Assembly (NCBI GenBank): GCA_963841435.1
Contig: CAWJCS010000001.1
Location: 128,001 to 192,000, forward strand
DNA: 64,000 nucleotides
Direction: 5' to 3'
Origin: an uncultured delta proteobacterium
GTDB lineage: Bacteria; Myxococcota_A; Polyangia; Polyangiales; Polyangiaceae
In this document: positions 58,653 to 64,000 of the stretch, in pieces
Numbering within the stretch: position 1 is the stretch's first letter
How the letters are laid out: each line of letters begins with the position of its first letter
Notes under the pieces: model-generated
Seen by the model: only the letters and a program-made list of their open reading frames with translations
What the model was told of the DNA's origin: nothing
The model's database searches: none
Program-made: the position numbers and the translations under genes

Positions 58653-59624
58653 GTGTACGATCCCGCTCTCCTCGCCGCCGGCGCCCTCTTGCTCTACCTC
58701 GGAGCGGAGTGGTTCGTCGGAGGGGCTGCGTCGCTGGCGCTTTCGCTCCGGATCCCGAAGCTCGTCGTCGGCCTGACCGTGGTCGCCTACGGGACGTCGG
58801 CGCCGGAGCTCGTCGTCGGCATGGGCGCGGCGCACACGGGGCACGGTGAGATTGCGCTCGCCAACGTGCTCGGGTCGAACATCGCGAACCTCGGGCTCAT
58901 CCTGGGCCTCACGGTGCTGATAAGGCCGACGCGCATCGATGGCTCGCTCAAGAAGCGCGAGCTGCCAGCGCTCGCGCTGAGCGCGCTCGTTTTGCCGTTC
59001 ATTCTTTACGACGGCGTGGTGAGCAAGCTCGAGGGCGCCCTGCTCGTGCTCGCCGCGTGCGTTTACACGGCGTGGATGCTGAGGGCCTCGCGTGGGGCGG
59101 CGGCCCAGGCTACGGCCGCGGAGAGCCTCGACGAGAAGGCGCACGACGCCGCGCTCGCTGGGGCACCCGAATCGCGGACCAGGGGACGTAGGGTCCTCAT
59201 CATGCTCGGGGGCCTTTTGCTCCTTTTGCTCGGCGGCAAGCTGTTCGTCGAGGCGGCCACGGATCTCGCGATCGCGTGGGGCATGAGCGAGCGCGTGGTC
59301 GGCCTGACCATCGTGGCCGTCGGGACATCGCTACCCGAGCTCGCGGCCAGCCTGATCGCCGCGTTTCGGGGTCACGGCGACCTCGCGGTGGGCAACGTCG
59401 TCGGGTCCAACATCTTCAACGTCCTCTTGTGCCTCGGTGCTTCGGCAACGTTCGGGTCGGTCGCTGCCCCCGTGGCGTCGGTGACCGCCGATCTCGTGGT
59501 CGTAGGGGTCATGACGCTGCTCGGGATCGCCTTCATGCGCACGGAGCGCGACATGCCGCGCTGGGAAGGCGGGTTGCTCCTCTTGCTCTACGTGGCGTTC
59601 CTGACGTGGCTCGCCGCGGGCTGA
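58653..59624 (+). CDS. Calcium/sodium antiporter (YrbG-like)
   Basis: Two alpha repeats: GLTVVAYGTSAPE...NVLGSNIAN and GLTIVAVGTSLPE...GNVVGSNIFN. Confidence 0.93.
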   Translation: MYDPALLAAGALLLYLGAEWFVGGAASLALSLRIPKLVVGLTVVAYGTSAPELVVGMGAAHTGHGEIALANVLGSNIANLGLILGLTVLIRPTRIDGSLKKRELPALALSALVLPFILYDGVVSKLEGALLVLAACVYTAWMLRASRGAAAQATAAESLDEKAHDAALAGAPESRTRGRRVLIMLGGLLLLLLGGKLFVEAATDLAIAWGMSERVVGLTIVAVGTSLPELAASLIAAFRGHGDLAVGNVVGSNIFNVLLCLGASATFGSVAAPVASVTADLVVVGVMTLLGIAFMRTERDMPRWEGGLLLLLYVAFLTWLAAG

Positions 59625-59733
59625 CGGCAGCCGAGTCATGCGTCCGGGCTCAGAACCGTCGAGGCGCTACCGGCGTGCGGCGGGATCGGTTTCTCGGCCA
59701 AGAGCCGTGCGGGGCCATGGTAGAGAAGTGCTA

Positions 59734-61056
59734 ATGCCGCGACTGCACGAGCCCAAGTCGAGCCGTTCGCCGAGCCGGGCCTGGAGCCCGCGTTGGGGCA
59801 CCGTGTTCGGCGTGCTCGCCGTGCTCGGCACGGCCCGCGGAGCGCGCGCGGCCACGCTCGATTGGAAGGGGCACACCTGGCAGGTGACCGCGTCCGGCAT
59901 GGCCGGCGTTTGCGACGGCGATCCCGCGAACGTCAGCGTCGATGTGGACGGGTACCTTCACCTCAGGATCGCCAACAACGGGGGTACGTGGTCGGCCGCG
60001 GAGGTCTTTACGACGGATCGCGTCGGCTTCGGCACTTACCAATGGCAGATCGACGGACCGATCGACGTGCTCGATCCGAACGTCGTTCTCGGGTTGTTCC
60101 CGTATGGGCCGGCGGCGGGGATTGGTGGGGACGGGACCAACGAGATCGACATCGAGTACTCGCGCTGGGGACGAGCGAACGGAGCGAACGGCGACTGGAC
60201 GAACTACCCAGCTTCCGGCAGCACCATCGGCGAGCACAGCTATTCCTTCTCGCTCGGAGGCGAGACGCTCTCCACCTCCCGCTTCACGTGGACGGGCACG
60301 AGCATCACGGACTTTCTCTTCGCCGGCCTCGTACCGAGCGACACGACGGCCAAAGCAATCGAAACCTGGACCTACGAGCCGCCGAATCCCATGGTGAACA
60401 TTCCGCAAGAGGCGTTGCCCCTCGGCATGAACCTGTGGTGCTTCGAGGCTCCGCCTTCGAATGACACGCCCGTCGAGATCGTGATCCGCGACTTTGCCTT
60501 CGTCCCGCTCGGGAGCTCGAGTGGCGCCGGCGGCGCGGGCGGGGCGGGCGGCACCGCGGGCTCGGGCGGGACGGGAGGCACCGCGGGCTCGGGAGCGGCG
60601 GGCGCACCGAGCGCGGGTGATGGTGGTGATACCGCGGAGCAAGGCGGCGCTGCCGGTGCGGCGATGGGAGGAGGCGGCGCAGGGGCCGGCACGGCGGGAA
60701 GCGGACAGGCCGGTGCGGCGATGGGAGGAGGCGGCGCGGGGGCCGGCATGGCGGGAAGCGGACAAGCCGGTGTGGCAATGGGAGGCAGCAGCACGGCCGG
60801 GAGCACGGGCGCGGGCGGAGGCGCGGCCGGCGCGCTCTCGTCTGCCGGCGGAGGGGTCGGTGGTGTCGGCGCGCCCTCGCCGGGCTCGGGCGGCGCGCAG
60901 CGTGAGGACGCCGGGTGCGCCTGCAACCTCACGCGCCGACGGCATTCCTCGAATCAGCGCGGGTCTTTCCTGCTCATCGCGGCCCTCGCCGTGGTCGGCC
61001 GCAGGGTCCGGCGGCGCTCCACCGCTTCTTTTCGCCCAGCGGCCCTACGAATCTAG
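59734..61056 (+). CDS. Secreted GH16-like glycoside hydrolase with Gly-rich linker and MYXO-CTERM-like tail
   Basis: Signal peptide; NVSVDVDGYLHL, GFGTY, catalytic-like EIDIE; C-terminal GCAC...hydrophobic...RRVRRR. Confidence 0.75.
   Translation: MPRLHEPKSSRSPSRAWSPRWGTVFGVLAVLGTARGARAATLDWKGHTWQVTASGMAGVCDGDPANVSVDVDGYLHLRIANNGGTWSAAEVFTTDRVGFGTYQWQIDGPIDVLDPNVVLGLFPYGPAAGIGGDGTNEIDIEYSRWGRANGANGDWTNYPASGSTIGEHSYSFSLGGETLSTSRFTWTGTSITDFLFAGLVPSDTTAKAIETWTYEPPNPMVNIPQEALPLGMNLWCFEAPPSNDTPVEIVIRDFAFVPLGSSSGAGGAGGAGGTAGSGGTGGTAGSGAAGAPSAGDGGDTAEQGGAAGAAMGGGGAGAGTAGSGQAGAAMGGGGAGAGMAGSGQAGVAMGGSSTAGSTGAGGGAAGALSSAGGGVGGVGAPSPGSGGAQREDAGCACNLTRRRHSSNQRGSFLLIAALAVVGRRVRRRSTASFRPAALRI
60652..60786 (+). 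repeat. 57-bp tandem repeat (about 2.4 copies) encoding AGAAMGGGGAGAGxAGSGQ
   Basis: Units start at 60652, 60709 and 60766. Confidence 0.8.
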
Positions 61057-61244
61057 AACGTGAGCACGTCGCCGCGCGCCACCACGCCGACGGTGACGAA
61101 GCGGATGTCCGCGCCGGATGCGATCACGAGGCCTGCCTCGCCGTCGAGCTGGAAGCGAGGCCTGTCGAGCGCCACGAAGCCGATGCCGAACCGATTGGAG
61201 AGCGGCAGCTGGCGGCGGGTCTTCGCGACGGCGCTCTCGGATTT
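61053..61244 (-). pseudogene. Start-less coding remnant resembling the C-terminus of a beta-barrel protein
   Basis: 63 GC3-biased codons (...NRFGIGFVALDRPRFQLDGEAGLVIASGADIRFVTVGVVARGDVLTF-stop) preceded directly by an in-frame TAG. Confidence 0.4.
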
Positions 61245-61285
61245 CTACGTCGAGTACCGTTTCGTGTGTCTGGCGCCGCAGGCGC

Positions 61286-62275
61286 TCAGCCGTGCGCGCC
61301 CGCCTGCGCCCGGATGATGCGATCGGTGAGCGCGTCGAACTCGCGGTCAACCACGCGGCGGCTCGCGTCGGCGTCGTACCAGGCGAGCACCTCGTGCGCG
61401 CCCTGCTCGTAGGGAATCGTCGCGACGAAACCGGGCACGACCGACTTCAGCTTGGAGTTGTCGAAGACCATGCTGTGCGCCTTGTCCCCGAGCAGCCCGG
61501 CTCCCCAACCGGCGTCGTACTTGGCAATCACCTCCGACGGCACGTGCACGAGCTCGGGCTCGACGCCTGCCGCGCGCCCGAGGATCTCGTGGATCTGATT
61601 CCAGGTGAGCACCTCGTCCGTGGTGACGTGAAACGCTTCTCCCAGTGTGCGGCGGTTACCGAGCAGGCCGTTGAAGCCCTTGGCGAAATCGTCGTGATGG
61701 GTCAAGACCCAGAGCGAGGTGCCGTCACCGTGCACGATGACGGGCAGCTTGCGACGCATGCGGTCGATCACCGTGTAGCCGCCTTCGGCGGGAAGCAGCC
61801 GGCAGTCGTAGGTGTGCGATGGGCGCACGATGGTGGCGGGGAAGTCGTTCTCGCGGTACGCGTGCACGAGCAGGTCTTCGCACGCGATTTTATCGCGTGA
61901 GTATTGCCAGAAGGGATTCTTGAGCGGGGTCAACTCGGTAACGGGCAGGCGCGAGGGCGGCGTCTGGTAGGCGGACGCCGAGCTGATGAACACGTATTGT
62001 CCGGTTCTACCGCTGAAGAAGTCGATGTCGGCCTGAACGTGGGCGGGCGTGAACGCGACCCAGTCAACGACGACATCGAACGCGCGGCTGCCGAGCGCCG
62101 CGCGCACCGATGACGGGTCACGGATGTCGCCCTTGATGACCTCGACTCCGTCGGGCACGCCGCGCGTGCTCTGGCCGCGCGCAAAGAACGAGAGCCGCAC
62201 GCCGGGCTCGCGCACGAGCCGTCGGGCGCAACCCGAGCTGATGATGCCGGTGCCGCCGATGAAGAGGACGTTCAT
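61286..62275 (-). CDS. NAD-dependent epimerase/dehydratase family (extended SDR)
   Basis: MNVLFIGGTGIISS, YVFISSASAY, YSRDK, TIVRPSHTY, VHGDGTSLW. Confidence 0.92.
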   Translation of the reverse strand: MNVLFIGGTGIISSGCARRLVREPGVRLSFFARGQSTRGVPDGVEVIKGDIRDPSSVRAALGSRAFDVVVDWVAFTPAHVQADIDFFSGRTGQYVFISSASAYQTPPSRLPVTELTPLKNPFWQYSRDKIACEDLLVHAYRENDFPATIVRPSHTYDCRLLPAEGGYTVIDRMRRKLPVIVHGDGTSLWVLTHHDDFAKGFNGLLGNRRTLGEAFHVTTDEVLTWNQIHEILGRAAGVEPELVHVPSEVIAKYDAGWGAGLLGDKAHSMVFDNSKLKSVVPGFVATIPYEQGAHEVLAWYDADASRRVVDREFDALTDRIIRAQAGAHG

Positions 62276-62630
62276 GCGCTCCACGATAGTACTCGGTCGA
62301 GCCGCGGCATCACGCGCTCGTGCCCTGAGCTCGACCGGTACCGGTTTCAGATCAGCGCTCCGTTTGGCCGTCGTCTGGTGTCGTGTCGGTCGAGCCGCGA
62401 GGCTCGGTCGAACTCGGCTGCGCACGTCGCCACCGCCGCGCTCCGTCATCCACGCCGAAATACCTAGGCTGCCTCTTTATCGCCTCGTTCGGGTACGTAC
62501 GTCCTTTCCTCGATCGCATCGCGCGAGATTCGGACGAGCCAAGAATTGTTTGGCGTGACTCAAGTGGATCGATCGCTTTGGAAATAGCGCACGCGATCAG
62601 AGTCAATGCGGTCGCAGAACCTACATGGGC

Positions 62631-62639
62631 TGCTAGAAT
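62631..62639 (+). promoter_or_regulatory. Putative extended -10 element for the vWA lipoprotein gene
   Basis: TGcTAGAAT about 53 nt upstream of a TTG start preceded by GAGGTG. Confidence 0.4.
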
Positions 62640-62692
62640 CCTCCACCGGACTACCCCAGGGCCGGGTGTCGTACGCCACTCCGAGGTGCCCC

Positions 62693-64000
62693 TTGAACAA
62701 CCGAACCATCACTCGCCTCACCCTATCGTGCATCGGCATCCTCGCCGTTGGAGCCTATGCTTGCAGCAGTAGCGACACGGGCGCGCTCGATCCTGGCGGC
62801 TTCACCGGCGGCACCACGAGCTCGGGCGGATCGGGCGGCACGATCCCCACGGTGACCGGTGGTTCTGCGGGTAGCGCGGTCAGTGGTGCTGGCGGCACGA
62901 CGGGTGGGACCGGCGGCTCCGGCATCGCGGGCTCCTCGATCATCGACCCGACACAGGGCGGCACGGCCGGTACGCCCGAGGTCAACGAAGACGCAGCGTG
63001 CGGTACCGGCGAAGCGAGCGCGGACCTCAAAGAGGTCACCATGTTCATCATGTTCGACCGCTCGTGGTCGATGACCCAATGTTCCGACCCCACGCAAATG
63101 CCCCCGCTCGGCATGCAGGACAGCCTCGCCTGCACGGATGGCGTGACCCCGAGCCGCTGGGAGCTCACGTCGCAGGCGCTCACGCTGTTCTTCCAGGATC
63201 CCGCAGCGGCCGATCTCCACGTCGCGTTGCGCTTCTTCCCCGACGATGTCGCGGGCTGCACGGGCTTCGATAACAACGCCATGATGACGCCAAACTGCGA
63301 CGCCACCATCTGCGCGCAGCCGCAGGTGGACCTCGGTGTGCTCACGGCCGACGCCGCGCCCACGGATGCGCAGGAGGCAGCCCTAGTTGCGGCCGTCGCA
63401 GGAGCGACGCCGCCCGGGCCCGCCATCCCGAACCCGAATCCCGCCACGCCAACGTCCGCGGCGCTCGGCGGCGCCGAGCAGTGGGCGATCGCGCACCAGA
63501 TGGCGTCCCCCAACGAGCAAACGGTCGTCGTGCTCGTCACCGACGGTGAGCCCTACGGGTGCGACACGAGCACGAACAACATCGCGACCCTCGCGCGCGA
63601 CGCCTACATGAACGCGGGCGTCCTCACGTACGTCATCGGCCTCACGGGCTCGAGCGAGCAGCAGCTCAATCAGCTCGCCGCGGCCGGCGGCACCGACCAG
63701 GCCTATTTCGTGGCCGACGGCAGCACCGCGACCCAGGACCTGCTGAACGCGCTCCTCGCGATCCGCGGCATGCCAATCACGTGCGACTTCGCGGTTCCCA
63801 CGTCCACGGCGACGGGCGACGAGATCGATCCGCACCTCATCAACGTGAACTACACGGCTGCGGGCGGCGCCGACGTGGAGCTCGGGCTCGTGGCCGATGC
63901 GTCGGCCTGCGGCGCCGAGCAGGCCTGGTACTACGACAACCCGGACATGCCCACGCGCATCATCCTCTGCCCCTCCGCCTGTACCACCATCACGGGTGAT
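62693..64000 (+). CDS. vWA-domain Cys-containing lipoprotein (CglB-like architecture), 3'-truncated; absent from the ORF track
   Basis: My translation from TTG 62693: MNNRTITRLTLSCIGILAVGAYAC-SSS, Gly linker, MIDAS FDRSWSM, TPTSAAL, VLVTDGEP, TYVIGL, AAAGGT, WYYDNP..PTRIILCPSAC. Confidence 0.85.
   Translation, partial: MNNRTITRLTLSCIGILAVGAYACSSSDTGALDPGGFTGGTTSSGGSGGTIPTVTGGSAGSAVSGAGGTTGGTGGSGIAGSSIIDPTQGGTAGTPEVNEDAACGTGEASADLKEVTMFIMFDRSWSMTQCSDPTQMPPLGMQDSLACTDGVTPSRWELTSQALTLFFQDPAAADLHVALRFFPDDVAGCTGFDNNAMMTPNCDATICAQPQVDLGVLTADAAPTDAQEAALVAAVAGATPPGPAIPNPNPATPTSAALGGAEQWAIAHQMASPNEQTVVVLVTDGEPYGCDTSTNNIATLARDAYMNAGVLTYVIGLTGSSEQQLNQLAAAGGTDQAYFVADGSTATQDLLNALLAIRGMPITCDFAVPTSTATGDEIDPHLINVNYTAAGGADVELGLVADASACGAEQAWYYDNPDMPTRIILCPSACTTITGD

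Noticed and set aside
61060-61317. 85-aa plus-strand ORF
   Set aside because: Poor codon pattern; the opposite strand carries the better coding signal

Overview
A very GC-rich (roughly 70% by eye) bacterial chromosomal segment. It is most likely from a myxobacterium of the Polyangiaceae/Sorangiineae type, judging by Gly/Ser-linker Cys-rich lipoproteins, a MYXO-CTERM-like tail, a DUF1552/DUF1592 pair, a TPR-PEGA protein and a Hanks kinase. About 52 coding regions can be supported. They include the end of a vWA operon, a porin, cysE, a JmjC oxygenase, a glutamine-synthetase-like/Fe-ADH/ALDH cluster, a TM-GAF-GAF-GGDEF cyclase, an atypical Hsp70 with a MORN/TPR partner, an MBOAT/deacetylase pair and groES-groEL with a CIRCE operator. 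Further right are an uncharacterised gene pair divergent from groES, four polytopic GT-C-like genes, a Ser/Thr kinase next to a 1556-aa receptor-L-domain lipoprotein and a TPR-PEGA protein, HipA-like kinase/GNAT/Mesh1-like genes, nfeD-SPFH and a truncated vWA lipoprotein. Non-coding highlights are a 197-bp MITE-like element flanked by CTAG, -10 boxes 6-10 nt before many start codons (suggesting leaderless mRNAs), a purine-rich tract and two nearby frameshifts. I saw no rRNA, tRNA or CRISPR array. All family calls come from motif recognition by eye, not database searches.
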